Shown: positions 8,891 to 17,533 of the stretch, piece after piece
Numbering within the stretch: position 1 is the stretch's first letter
Layout: each line of letters begins with the position of its first letter
From: an uncultured Candidatus Saccharibacteria bacterium
GTDB lineage: Bacteria; Patescibacteriota; Minisyncoccia; Minisyncoccales; JANBVM01
Reading direction: 5' to 3'
Length of the DNA stretch: 64,000 nucleotides
Assembly (NCBI GenBank): GCA_964514375.1
Contig: CAZEQH010000004.1
Location: 191-64,190 of the forward strand
Made by a program: the position numbers and the translations under genes
The notes under the pieces: generated by a model
Seen by the model: the letters and a program-made list of their open reading frames with translations, nothing else
Database searches by the model: none
Told to the model about the DNA's origin: nothing

Positions 8891-11800
8891 AATGATTATT
8901 TTTTACTTTTTTTATGGAAATTTTTAATTTTTCCTCTCCCAAAACCAAATCTTTTTTGGCGGTTTTTTTTGCCTTTCCTTCAAGTAAATCTGCGGCTTTG
9001 ATACTCCTGATTATCTTTTTCTTATTTTCTTTTAAGACAGCGGCTAACCTGGGAGAGCTTTCAAAATAAACCAGGATGGTATCTTCTGGAGTAAACCCTG
9101 CCTCTTTCCGCATCTGCTGGATATTCCTGACAACCTCCCGGACCATGCCTTCCTGCGCCAATTCTTCAGTTATTTTTGTATCCAGCTCCATTTTATCACC
9201 AAAGGAAATATTTTTAACATTAATTTCTTCCTTAATTAGATTTAAAAGCTCTTTGTCCTGGGATAGATTTTTTTCTTTTATCTGGATGGAAAGAAGGGGC
9301 TGCCTCACCTTGATGCCGGCCTTTGCTCTCTCAGCTAAGGCTCCGGTAACTATCTGCCTGACCTGCGCCATCCTTTCATTAAGATTTGAGTCCATATCTT
9401 TCTTTGAAGCCTTGGGCCATTTATCCAAATGTACGGATACCTGCGCCTCTTTCTTTTTTTTGTTGATTTTCTGGTATATCTGTTCTGAGAGAAACGGTAT
9501 GAAAGGAGCGGAAAGCCTGCTGAGGTTCAGTAGCACGCATCCCAAAACTTTTGCGGCCCTTTTTAATTCCGCGGCTGTTTGAGGGTTTTGAAATCTCTTC
9601 CGGCTTCTCCTGACATACCAGAGAGAAAGGTCATTAATAACGAAGTCTTCTATCAGACGGGCAGAAGAAGTAATATCATAAGCATTTAAAAACCCTGTTA
9701 CCTCCAGCACCAGGCTGTTCAATTTGGAGACAATCCACTTATCCAGGATATTTCTGCTTTTTATCTTCAAGGATGAGCTCACTGCAAGGTACTGGGGAGC
9801 ATAGGTTGAGAAGAAATAAGAGCAGTTCCAGAAGGTGGAGATAAACTTCTTCAGTCTTTCCTTAACTTCCTTTTCCGAAAAAAGCTTAGGCTCCCCCGGC
9901 TGATTGGCAGTATAAAAATACCACCTTACGGTGTCTATGCCGTATTTTTCCATGATATACCAGGGATCTACTATGTTGCCGCGGGATTTGGACATTTTTT
10001 CTCCCTTATCATCAAGGATATGTCCCAGAGAAACGACGTTCCTAAAAGGGGCGCCCTTTTTAAGGAGTGTGGAAACCGCCAGCAGATTATAGAACCAGCC
10101 CCTGGTCTGGTCTACGGCTTCGCAGATGTAGTCGGCGGGAAACTGTTTCCCCGTGTCAATAATATTTTTGTTTTCGAAAGGATAATGATATTGAGCAAAG
10201 GGCATGGATCCTGCATCAAACCAGCAGTCCATCACGTCGGGTTCTCTTTCCATTTCTCCCTGACACTGAGGGCAGGAAAACTTTATCTTGTCCACGTAGG
10301 GACGGTGAAAATCCAGTTCTGCCTTATCGTTGAAGGGAAAAGGGACGAATTTAACTTCCCTTAACTCTCCGGGTCTGATGGTCTTTTCCTTCAGCTTTTC
10401 TTCCACCAATTCCTCCTGAAGCCTGCCCTTTAATGCTCCTTCCAGCAGCCAAAGAGGATCTCCGTGACTGACGACAAGAATGTTTTTGGATTTATATTTT
10501 TTTTCTGTCTCTTTTATAAATTTGAGCATTCTCTTCCTGCAGTGGAGCCAATCTTCTCCCCTCCGCGGTTTTTTATAAAATCTTTTCCTCATGTCCGGGA
10601 AAGCCCGGTAAAGCTCTTCCTTGGGTTTCCCTCTGAATTCTCCCAAATCTACATCCCTCAGTTTTTTATCAAATTTTATTTTCAGACCCAGGGCCTGAGC
10701 TGTTATTTCTGCCGTTTCCCTAGCCCTAAAATAATCCGAAGAGATAATAACGTCTATCTTATAATTCTTTATTCTGGAAGCGAGAGACTTTACCCTATTT
10801 TTCCCCTGGTCTGTAAGACCAAGAGAGGCGTCTTCTTCCCTGGAATAGATTATTTCTTTTCCTTTGGCGGTGCGGATGGTATCCCCGTGTCTTAGAAAAA
10901 AGTAGGCGTTGGAGCTGTATTCCTTCTTTAAAAAGTCCTCCCTGCTCCCCATCACTTCCGTCCTGTTACAGGATTTACATTTCCATACCGGCAGAGGAGT
11001 TCCCCAGTATCTTTCCCTAGACAGCGCCCAATCTTTAATTTCCCTAAGCCATTCTCCGAACCTTCCTTCTTTAAGGTAGGATGGAATCCAGTTGATTTTA
11101 TTGTTGTTTTCTATGATTTCCTTCTGTAATTTCTTCATTTTAATAAACCAGGTATTCCGGACATAATAAAGCAGGGGAGTTTTGCATCTCCAGCAAAAAG
11201 GATAGTCATGTTCGTAAGGTTCCTGTTTAAAAAGCAGTTCCCTCTGTTCCAGATTTTCAATAATCAGAGGATCTGCTTCCTTGAAAAACATACCGGCCCA
11301 CTTTTTGACATCAAATTTAAATCTGCCTTCTTCGTTAATAGTTATCAGTATAGGGATTTCCGTTTCTCCGGTTTCCTTCAATTTCCTGTTGCGGGATTTG
11401 ACCGCATCCATATCTTCTTCACCGAAGGCAGGGGCGATATGCACCAGCCCGGTGCCCTCTTCCAAAGAAACGAATTTGCCGGGGATAATCCTGTAGGCGG
11501 TACGGGAAATTTCATCGCTGTGCGGATAAAGGGGCTCATATATCAATCCCATCAGATCTTTCCCCTGGAATTCTTCTGCCGCCTCTCCTGAAAGGCCTAG
11601 GTCTTTCATCCTCTTTTTGGCCACTATTAGATAATCCTGGCCCTCTTTTACCTTGATATAGGTAAGATTGGGATTGACGGCTACTGCCACGTTGCCCGGC
11701 AGAGTCCAGGGAGTGGTAGTCCAGACGAGCAGACAGGTATTCTTAAATTCAGGATTTTTAATCTTCAGTTTCACGTAGATAGCGGGTTCCTTTATTTTCT

Positions 11801-12377
11801 TATATCCCTGAGCCACCTCGTGACTGGAAAGAGGAGTTCCGCATCGGGGGCAATAATGGACAACCTTGAAGCCCTGATAAAGCAGTCCGGAATCGTGAAT
11901 CTGTTTGATAATCCACCAGACTGTTTCAATATACTGGGGGGTGTAGGTTATATAAGGATTTTCCAAATCCAGCCAGAAACCTATTCTTTTGGTAAATTTT
12001 TCCCACTCCTGCTCGTATTCCCAAACAGACTGCTTGCACTTCTTATTAAATCTGGCTATACCGTACCTTTCTATCTCTTTCTTAGAATGAAGATTAAGCT
12101 TTTTTTCTATTTCCAGCTCCACGGGTAGTCCGTGCGTATCCCAGCCCGCCTTCCTCTCTACCCTAAAACCCTGCATGGTCTTGTAACGACAGATGATATC
12201 TTTAAAAACCCGGCTCAATACGTGATGGATTCCCGGCTTTCCATTGGCCGTAGGAGGCCCCTCATAAAAGACGAAATTTTTAGCCTTTTTACCTTTCTTT
12301 AAACTTTTCTCGAAAATCCCTTCCTTGTCCCAGAATTTGAGAATCGCTTTTTCCTGTTTGGGAAAGCTTATTTTCAT
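8868..12377 (-). CDS. ileS: Isoleucyl-tRNA synthetase carrying a nested histidine-phosphatase-like insertion
   Basis: PPTANGKPGIHHVLSR (HIGH-type), CP1 editing region (TTPWTLPGN), KGEKMSKSRGNIVDP (KMSKS). At 1169 aa it is about 200 aa longer than expected, because of the insert at about aa 488-685 (nt 10323-10916). Confidence 0.9.
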   Translation of the reverse strand: MKISFPKQEKAILKFWDKEGIFEKSLKKGKKAKNFVFYEGPPTANGKPGIHHVLSRVFKDIICRYKTMQGFRVERKAGWDTHGLPVELEIEKKLNLHSKKEIERYGIARFNKKCKQSVWEYEQEWEKFTKRIGFWLDLENPYITYTPQYIETVWWIIKQIHDSGLLYQGFKVVHYCPRCGTPLSSHEVAQGYKKIKEPAIYVKLKIKNPEFKNTCLLVWTTTPWTLPGNVAVAVNPNLTYIKVKEGQDYLIVAKKRMKDLGLSGEAAEEFQGKDLMGLIYEPLYPHSDEISRTAYRIIPGKFVSLEEGTGLVHIAPAFGEEDMDAVKSRNRKLKETGETEIPILITINEEGRFKFDVKKWAGMFFKEADPLIIENLEQRELLFKQEPYEHDYPFCWRCKTPLLYYVRNTWFIKMKKLQKEIIENNNKINWIPSYLKEGRFGEWLREIKDWALSRERYWGTPLPVWKCKSCNRTEVMGSREDFLKKEYSSNAYFFLRHGDTIRTAKGKEIIYSREEDASLGLTDQGKNRVKSLASRIKNYKIDVIISSDYFRARETAEITAQALGLKIKFDKKLRDVDLGEFRGKPKEELYRAFPDMRKRFYKKPRRGEDWLHCRKRMLKFIKETEKKYKSKNILVVSHGDPLWLLEGALKGRLQEELVEEKLKEKTIRPGELREVKFVPFPFNDKAELDFHRPYVDKIKFSCPQCQGEMEREPDVMDCWFDAGSMPFAQYHYPFENKNIIDTGKQFPADYICEAVDQTRGWFYNLLAVSTLLKKGAPFRNVVSLGHILDDKGEKMSKSRGNIVDPWYIMEKYGIDTVRWYFYTANQPGEPKLFSEKEVKERLKKFISTFWNCSYFFSTYAPQYLAVSSSLKIKSRNILDKWIVSKLNSLVLEVTGFLNAYDITSSARLIEDFVINDLSLWYVRRSRKRFQNPQTAAELKRAAKVLGCVLLNLSRLSAPFIPFLSEQIYQKINKKKKEAQVSVHLDKWPKASKKDMDSNLNERMAQVRQIVTGALAERAKAGIKVRQPLLSIQIKEKNLSQDKELLNLIKEEINVKNISFGDKMELDTKITEELAQEGMVREVVRNIQQMRKEAGFTPEDTILVYFESSPRLAAVLKENKKKIIRSIKAADLLEGKAKKTAKKDLVLGEEKLKISIKKVKNNHYVRSKQG

Positions 12378-12488
12378 AAGGTGAATGCGTTGTTATACAT
12401 TTAAAATATCATTTAAAACGCTTTAAATCAAATTAAGCCGGGGAACATAAAGGCAGGGTATTTCAGCAAAATCCTGACATTTGAGCAA

Positions 12489-14129
12489 TCACATTTTCTC
12501 CGGAGCGGAGATTCCCATAAGGTTGAGGGTATTCTCCAAAACGCTCTTAACTGCCAAAAGTAAAGCGGTTCTAGTTCTCTTCAGCTTTCCTTCTTCTTGC
12601 AAAACCGGGCAGTCCCGGTAAAAAGAGTGGAAGGAGGCAGCCAGGCCTGAGGCATAACGGGGCAGCCGCTGCAACTGATAGTCTCTTGAGGTGTCTGCAA
12701 TGATTTCAGGAAAAGCCATAAGCTGTTTAATAAGGGCTAATTCACTCTTATGTCTCAGCAATTCCAAATCATTGATTGTAATTTTTAAATCTTCACTTTT
12801 TATTTTTAATTTTTTTAAGATGCTGCAGATGCGGGCGTAAGCATATTGGACATAATGCACCGGGTTCTTTTCTGATTTGTCCTTGGCAGCATCAAGGTCA
12901 AAATTAAGGTGTCTGCCGGGACTTTTGCTTAAGAAAAAGAACCGAGCCACGTCCAGCCCCACCTCGTCTATCAACTCATCCAGGGTAATATAGACTCCCT
13001 TTCTTTTAGACATCCTGACTTCTTTCCCTTCCTGAAAAAGCTGAACCAGCTGCATAAGAATAATCTGTATCTGGTCTTTTTTGAAACCCAAAGCTTCCAC
13101 TGCCGCCTTTATCCTATTGATATATCCGTAGTGGTCTGCACCCCAAAGGTAGATTATAAGGTCAAAACCCCTGTTAAATTTATTTTTGAGGTAGGCTGCG
13201 TCAGAGGCCAGATACGTCGTCTCCCCGTCCTTTTTCACCAAAACCCTGTCCTTTTCGTCTCCGAACCGGGAAGACCTGAACCATATAGCCCCTTCTTTTT
13301 CGTAGGTAAGTTTCTTTTCCTTTAAAAAGGAAAGTGTCTCATCCACCTGGCCGCTTTCATAAAGGCTTTTTTCAGAAAACCAGACGTCAAACTTAATACC
13401 CATCCTTTCAACGGTGGGCTTAATCATTTCTTTTAAAATAACGGCGGCGGCCTTCTCCCCCGCCTTGTCGGGATCCTTCTCTTTGATTCTTTTTCGCAGA
13501 GCTTCTATGTATTCTCCCTTATAGGGACGGACCGATTCATCGCTTTCCGTCAAAGAAAGCCCGAGCTTCTTTACCTGGCCTCCAGTATCATTAATATAAT
13601 ATTCCCTTTCCACTTCATAACCGGCTTTTTCCAGGACCTTGGCCAAAGCGTCCCCACAGAACCCTCCTCTGCCGTTTCCCAAGGTAAGGGGACCCGTGGG
13701 GTTGGCAGAGATGAATTCCACCTGGACTTTTTTTCCTTTTCCATCTTTGAGCCGGCCGAAGTTCTCCTTTTGTTTCAGTACTTCCTTCACCTGTTCCTGT
13801 AAATATTTTTCAGCAAGAAAAAAGTTAATAAAGATAGGAAACTTAAACTCTGCCGGCTTGTCAAAATACTTTTTAAATTCCGGCTCTTTATTGAGGGCTG
13901 TAATAATCTTATCGTACTCTCCCTTTAATAAATTTCCGCCAGTCCGCATCTTTCTTCCGCCTTTCATTCTTTTAGCCTCTCCGATATAAGAAATTTCCGC
14001 CGTATAATCGCCGTGCTCCGGATTATTAGGTTCCACAACTTCCAGGCTTAAACCGTCTTTATATCTCTTGGATATTTCTTTATAGATCTGCAAACCCTTA
14101 ATTAAATTTTCTATTTTTTTGCGTACCAT
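12489..14129 (-). CDS. argS: Arginyl-tRNA synthetase
   Basis: FISANPTGPLTLGNGRGG signature, a DALR-type anticodon-binding C-terminus, and the typical terminal Met (…ISAPEKM). Confidence 0.9.
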   Translation of the reverse strand: MVRKKIENLIKGLQIYKEISKRYKDGLSLEVVEPNNPEHGDYTAEISYIGEAKRMKGGRKMRTGGNLLKGEYDKIITALNKEPEFKKYFDKPAEFKFPIFINFFLAEKYLQEQVKEVLKQKENFGRLKDGKGKKVQVEFISANPTGPLTLGNGRGGFCGDALAKVLEKAGYEVEREYYINDTGGQVKKLGLSLTESDESVRPYKGEYIEALRKRIKEKDPDKAGEKAAAVILKEMIKPTVERMGIKFDVWFSEKSLYESGQVDETLSFLKEKKLTYEKEGAIWFRSSRFGDEKDRVLVKKDGETTYLASDAAYLKNKFNRGFDLIIYLWGADHYGYINRIKAAVEALGFKKDQIQIILMQLVQLFQEGKEVRMSKRKGVYITLDELIDEVGLDVARFFFLSKSPGRHLNFDLDAAKDKSEKNPVHYVQYAYARICSILKKLKIKSEDLKITINDLELLRHKSELALIKQLMAFPEIIADTSRDYQLQRLPRYASGLAASFHSFYRDCPVLQEEGKLKRTRTALLLAVKSVLENTLNLMGISAPEKM

Positions 14130-14130
14130 T

Positions 14131-15342
14131 TCAGCTAATATTTTTATGTCCCATAATGATACCTTCCGAAACTAGGGCTCTCAGGGCCGCCAGGTTCTGC
14201 GCCAGCCCCACCGAAGCCATGACCTGGGCAAGTTCTTCAGCGCTACTCACTTTCATAATTTTCAGAGATATAGCAGCCAGCGGGTGGTTCTTGATACTCT
14301 CCCCTACGCTGCCAGCCGCCACAGGGACTGTCATATTTCCTATAAGATTTCCCTTTCTGTCTTTTTCCCACTTTGATAAGGGCTTATAAGCGCCGGAGCG
14401 TACGGCAAAGCCGTGTACAGCGGCCTCAAGGGCCCTCCAATCGTTGCCGGTAGCCAGGGCCACGGCCCCCATGCCGTTCAGGATGCCCTTATTACTGGTT
14501 ACTGCCCGGTAGATATCGCTTTCTGCAATAATAGAGGCCTTGGTTATATTTTCAACGGTAGTTTCAGCGTCAAACCCCTTTTTCTTTAAAGCTTCCTTTT
14601 TTATTACGGCAGTTACCTTTACCAGCCTCTCCTCTGCCAGATTGGATACAATCTTAAGCAAGGCCTTTCCTCCGGTGATTTTTTCCATCAGGGGAGCTGT
14701 ATACTCTGCCATCTTATCTGCAGTATTGGCTCCCATGGCATCCCCGACGTCGATTACCAAATGAATCCTTAAGAAAGTTCCTATCTTTTTATTTTTGAAA
14801 ATTGCCGTTCTAACATCCCTGACGCCGCCTCCGGCTTTGATAAGGGCGGGGTCGCTTAGGTTGGCAAACTTGATTATATTTTCTTTCTCCTGAAGTAATT
14901 TTTTCTCAGCCTCCCCTGGTTTCTTAACTTCCACCAGATATATCTGACCGTACATAAAATTGCCAAGCACCTCAGCCTTTATACCCCCGGACTGTCGGGT
15001 CATCTTAGCTCCGTAAGAAGCGGCTGCTACCACGGAAGGTTCTTCTGTTACCATGGGCACAAGATAATCTTTTTCGTTAATCAAAAAATTAGGAGCTACG
15101 GAATAAGGAAGAGGAAAGGCCCCAATCACATTTTCCGACAACCGGTTTCTCGCTTTCGGGGACAGTATGCCTGCCTTGATGATATTCGTTTCCTCTGAAG
15201 TTAACCCTGCGAATTTTTTTACCCTCTCCAATCTCTCGCCGGCTGAAATATGAAAGAAATCCGGGAATCTGCTGTTTCTTTTTCTGTTCATAAGAAAGCT
15301 TCTTATTAGTTTCAGCTTATCTAATTTTTCTGTTAAAATCAA
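14131..15342 (-). CDS. mvaA: Hydroxymethylglutaryl-CoA reductase, class II
   Basis: Motifs ENVIGAFPLPYSVAPNFLIN, VTEEPSVVAAAS and DAMGANTADKMAE are typical of class II HMGR. The true start may be the internal Met (MNRKRNSRF, nt 15291), which would leave room for the divergent smpB promoter. Confidence 0.8.
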   Translation of the reverse strand: MILTEKLDKLKLIRSFLMNRKRNSRFPDFFHISAGERLERVKKFAGLTSEETNIIKAGILSPKARNRLSENVIGAFPLPYSVAPNFLINEKDYLVPMVTEEPSVVAAASYGAKMTRQSGGIKAEVLGNFMYGQIYLVEVKKPGEAEKKLLQEKENIIKFANLSDPALIKAGGGVRDVRTAIFKNKKIGTFLRIHLVIDVGDAMGANTADKMAEYTAPLMEKITGGKALLKIVSNLAEERLVKVTAVIKKEALKKKGFDAETTVENITKASIIAESDIYRAVTSNKGILNGMGAVALATGNDWRALEAAVHGFAVRSGAYKPLSKWEKDRKGNLIGNMTVPVAAGSVGESIKNHPLAAISLKIMKVSSAEELAQVMASVGLAQNLAALRALVSEGIIMGHKNIS

Positions 15343-15345
15343 AGA

Positions 15346-15795
15346 ATGAAGGAGATATCCAGAAACAAGAAAGCGTATTTCAATTATGAAATACTGGAGA
15401 GATTCGAAGCCGGCATCTCTCTAAACGGCCAGGAGGTTAAATCAATCAAGTCAGGCAGAATCAATCTGGCCGGAGCTTACGTGGTAATAAGGGGAGGAGA
15501 GGCCTATCTGCTGGGAGCCAACGTTCCTCCCTATCAACCCAAAAATGCCCCCGCAGATTATAATCCGGAGCGGTCCCGCAAGCTGCTTTTGAAAAAAGCT
15601 GAAATTAATTATTTAATCGGGAAAACAAAACAAAAAGGTTTGACAACCATACCTTTAAGAGTGTATAATATAAGAGGAAAAATAAAGCTGGAGTTTGGCT
15701 TAGGCAAGGGAAAGAGGGAAATCGACAAAAGGGAGACCATCAGGAAAAGAGAGACGGAACGGGAAATAAGAAGGGTCTTCAGAAAAAGCTCCTAA
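15346..15795 (+). CDS. smpB: SsrA-binding protein SmpB
   Basis: NKKAYFNYEILERFEAGISLNGQEVKSIK... and a basic C-terminal tail. It lies immediately upstream of the tmRNA. Confidence 0.9.
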   Translation: MKEISRNKKAYFNYEILERFEAGISLNGQEVKSIKSGRINLAGAYVVIRGGEAYLLGANVPPYQPKNAPADYNPERSRKLLLKKAEINYLIGKTKQKGLTTIPLRVYNIRGKIKLEFGLGKGKREIDKRETIRKRETEREIRRVFRKSS

Positions 15796-15989
15796 AAATT
15801 ACAAATTGAGGAAAAGAATTCCCATGTCGGAAAGGGGTCGGGAAAACCATTCGGTTTTCCCGTGTAGGAAAACAGGCTTTCGCCGCCTGCTTCGCCGAAG
15901 CGAATGCGAGGCGAGTAGGCGAAAACGTTAGAAACCGTGGGTTTCTAAAGAGCGAGCCTTAGCGAGCGACAGATAAAATATTTCAGTTT

Positions 15990-16332
15990 GGGGGTGTACA
16001 GATTCGACAGAGATGCAATCCAAAACATGCAAGTCGAGCCCAAAACTCGTAAAACTTTGGAAAACAAAACAATTGCCAATCTATTTGAAGGGCAACCCGC
16101 ATTAGCATTTGCTTAGTCTAATGCCATCTTCTCTGCCCATTCTCGATAAGCAGAGCAAGGTGTTATATCATCGAGAAAAAGAGTTCTTTGCGGTTCCGGG
16201 AGTTACTCCCGATAAACCGGACAGAAAGATTTTGCTCGGCTTCATACTTTCTGTCATGTTTCAAACCGAGACAAACTTGTAGACTGTTCTGGTGACCGTC
16301 CCTGGACAAGGGGGCAGTTCCCTTCATCTCCA
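15990..16332 (+). ncRNA. ssrA: tmRNA (SsrA), one-piece
   Basis: The 5' end GGGGGTGTACAGATTCGACAG pairs with the 3' end CATCTCC (acceptor stem, two G-U pairs), followed by discriminator A. The 3' architecture GGAC-AAGGG-GGCAGTT-CCCTT-CATCTCC-A parallels E. coli GGAC-GCGGG-UUCAACU-CCCGC-CAGCUCC-A. The internal tag ORF at 16075-16116, GCC AAT CTA TTT GAA GGG CAA CCC GCA TTA GCA TTT GCT TAG, encodes ANLFEGQPALAFA*. CCA is not encoded. Confidence 0.85.
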
Positions 16333-16339
16333 CAAAAAT

Positions 16340-16846
16340 TTGTTGAAGAAACCATTAATCAATAATCAAATAAGGACGGATAAGGTAAGGCTCATCGATA
16401 ATGACGGGACCCAGGTGGGAATTGTTACCTTAGAAGAAGCGCTCCGGAGGGCTAAGGAGCGCAATTTAGATTTAATCCAGGTAACAGGGAAGGTAAATCC
16501 GCCCGTCTGTAAGATAATGGACTACGGGAAGTATGTTTACAGGATGAAGAAAAGAGAAAAGAAGGCCAAGAAAAGTGTGGACATCAAGGGCATCAGATTG
16601 AGATATAACATATCGTCCCACGACCTGGAAACCCGTCTCCATCAGGCGGAAAAGTTTCTTAATGCAGGACACAAGGTAAAAGTGGAAATGCTTTTGAGAG
16701 GAAGGGAAAAAAGACTCGCTGATTTCGCCAGGGGAAAGACGGAAAAATTCATTCAAGACCTTAATGCAAAAATACCCGTCAAACAAGAAGGGAAATTATT
16801 AAAAAAAGGCAAGGGTTTTGTGGCCGTATTGGTAAAGGAGTCATAA
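16340..16846 (+). CDS. infC: Translation initiation factor IF-3
   Basis: KKPLINNQIRTDKVRLIDNDGTQVGIVTLEEALRRAKERNLDLIQV is a typical IF-3 N-domain. The track start (GTG 16292) would overlap the tmRNA 3' end, so the likelier start is the in-frame TTG at 16340 or 16343 (infC classically uses a non-AUG start). Confidence 0.8.
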   Translation: MLKKPLINNQIRTDKVRLIDNDGTQVGIVTLEEALRRAKERNLDLIQVTGKVNPPVCKIMDYGKYVYRMKKREKKAKKSVDIKGIRLRYNISSHDLETRLHQAEKFLNAGHKVKVEMLLRGREKRLADFARGKTEKFIQDLNAKIPVKQEGKLLKKGKGFVAVLVKES

Positions 16847-16856
16847 CCTGTTCCGA

Positions 16857-16885
16857 TTGACAATTATTAAATACCAAAGTAATAT
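16857..16885 (+). promoter_or_regulatory. Sigma-70-like promoter for rpmI-rplT
   Basis: TTGACA (16857-16862), 17-nt spacer, TAATAT (16880-16885). The small inverted repeat CCAAAgtaatatTTTGG overlaps the -10. Confidence 0.5.
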
Positions 16886-16906
16886 TTTGGTATATTATTG
16901 TATTTT

Positions 16907-17119
16907 ATGAGTAAACAAAGCAAAAAGGGGAAAGCCAAAACAAGGAAAGCCATCCTTAAGCGTTTTAAGATTACTAAAAGCGGTAAGGTGCTAAGAAGAC
17001 AAACCGGTCTTGACCATTACCGACGTAAAAAGTCAGGAGCTTTTAAAAGAAAAAAAAGAAAATTCGTAGAAATGTCAAAGGGAGAAACTAAAAAGATTAA
17101 AAAGTTATTACATTCTTAA
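16907..17119 (+). CDS. rpmI: 50S ribosomal protein L35
   Basis: MSKQSKKGKAKTRKAILKRFKITKSGKVLRRQTG...; basic, ~70 aa, in the infC-rpmI-rplT order. The ATG at 16907 is preferred over the track's TTG at 16898. Confidence 0.85.
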   Translation: MSKQSKKGKAKTRKAILKRFKITKSGKVLRRQTGLDHYRRKKSGAFKRKKRKFVEMSKGETKKIKKLLHS

Positions 17120-17122
17120 AAC

Positions 17123-17473
17123 ATGGTGAGAATAAAGCGCGGCAAAGCCGCCCACAAAAGACGCAAAAAGGTTCTCAAGGCAGCGAAAGGGTATAAATGG
17201 GGTCGGAAATCAAAGTATCGATTAGCCAAAGACGCGCTTTTTCATGCTTGGACGCATGCCTACCGCGACAGAAAAAGGAAAAAAAGAGCTTTCAGGGGCT
17301 TATGGCAGATTCAAATAAATGCGGCCTGCAGACAGCACGGAATTTCTTACAGTAAATTCATCAACGGCTTGAAGGAAAAGCATATAGAAATAGACAGAAA
17401 GGTACTGGCGGAAATTGCGCAAAAACATCCTGAAATTTTTGAAAAAATTGTAGCCGAAGCCAAAATCAAATAG
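17123..17473 (+). CDS. rplT: 50S ribosomal protein L20
   Basis: [39 protein letters not shown]...[23 protein letters not shown] is a canonical L20 sequence. Confidence 0.95.
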   Translation: MVRIKRGKAAHKRRKKVLKAAKGYKWGRKSKYRLAKDALFHAWTHAYRDRKRKKRAFRGLWQIQINAACRQHGISYSKFINGLKEKHIEIDRKVLAEIAQKHPEIFEKIVAEAKIK

Positions 17474-17488
17474 AGTTTTACCGACATC

Positions 17489-17518
17489 AAAAACCGCTTC
17501 CCGAAAGAAGCGGTTTTT
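17489..17518. terminator. Bidirectional intrinsic terminator between rplT and the NUDIX gene
   Basis: AAAAACCGCTTC-ccgaaa-GAAGCGGTTTTT: a perfect stem flanked by an A-run and a T-run. Confidence 0.8.
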
Positions 17519-17533
17519 ATATTGAGTTCCCGA

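Noticed and set aside
9076-12128. Plus-strand ORFs antisense to ileS (9076..9582, 10020..10364, 10464..10895, 11208..11591, 11820..12128)
   Set aside because: All are antisense to a continuous, motif-rich 1169-aa IleRS frame. Their Ser/Phe/Leu-rich composition is typical of antisense translation of a Lys/Glu-rich gene.
15824-15931. A 35-aa ATG ORF (MSERGRENHSVFPCRKTGFRRLLRRSECEASRRKR) in the smpB-ssrA spacer
   Set aside because: It is composed almost entirely of the arms of three hairpins, with arginine-rich translation of GC-rich stems. An RNA-structure explanation is more parsimonious.
16292-16339. The GTG at 16292 as the infC start (as in the ORF track)
   Set aside because: It would place the first 14 codons inside the tmRNA T-arm and acceptor stem. 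The encoded MTVPGQGGSSLHLHKN has no counterpart in IF-3, so the TTG at 16340/16343 is preferred.
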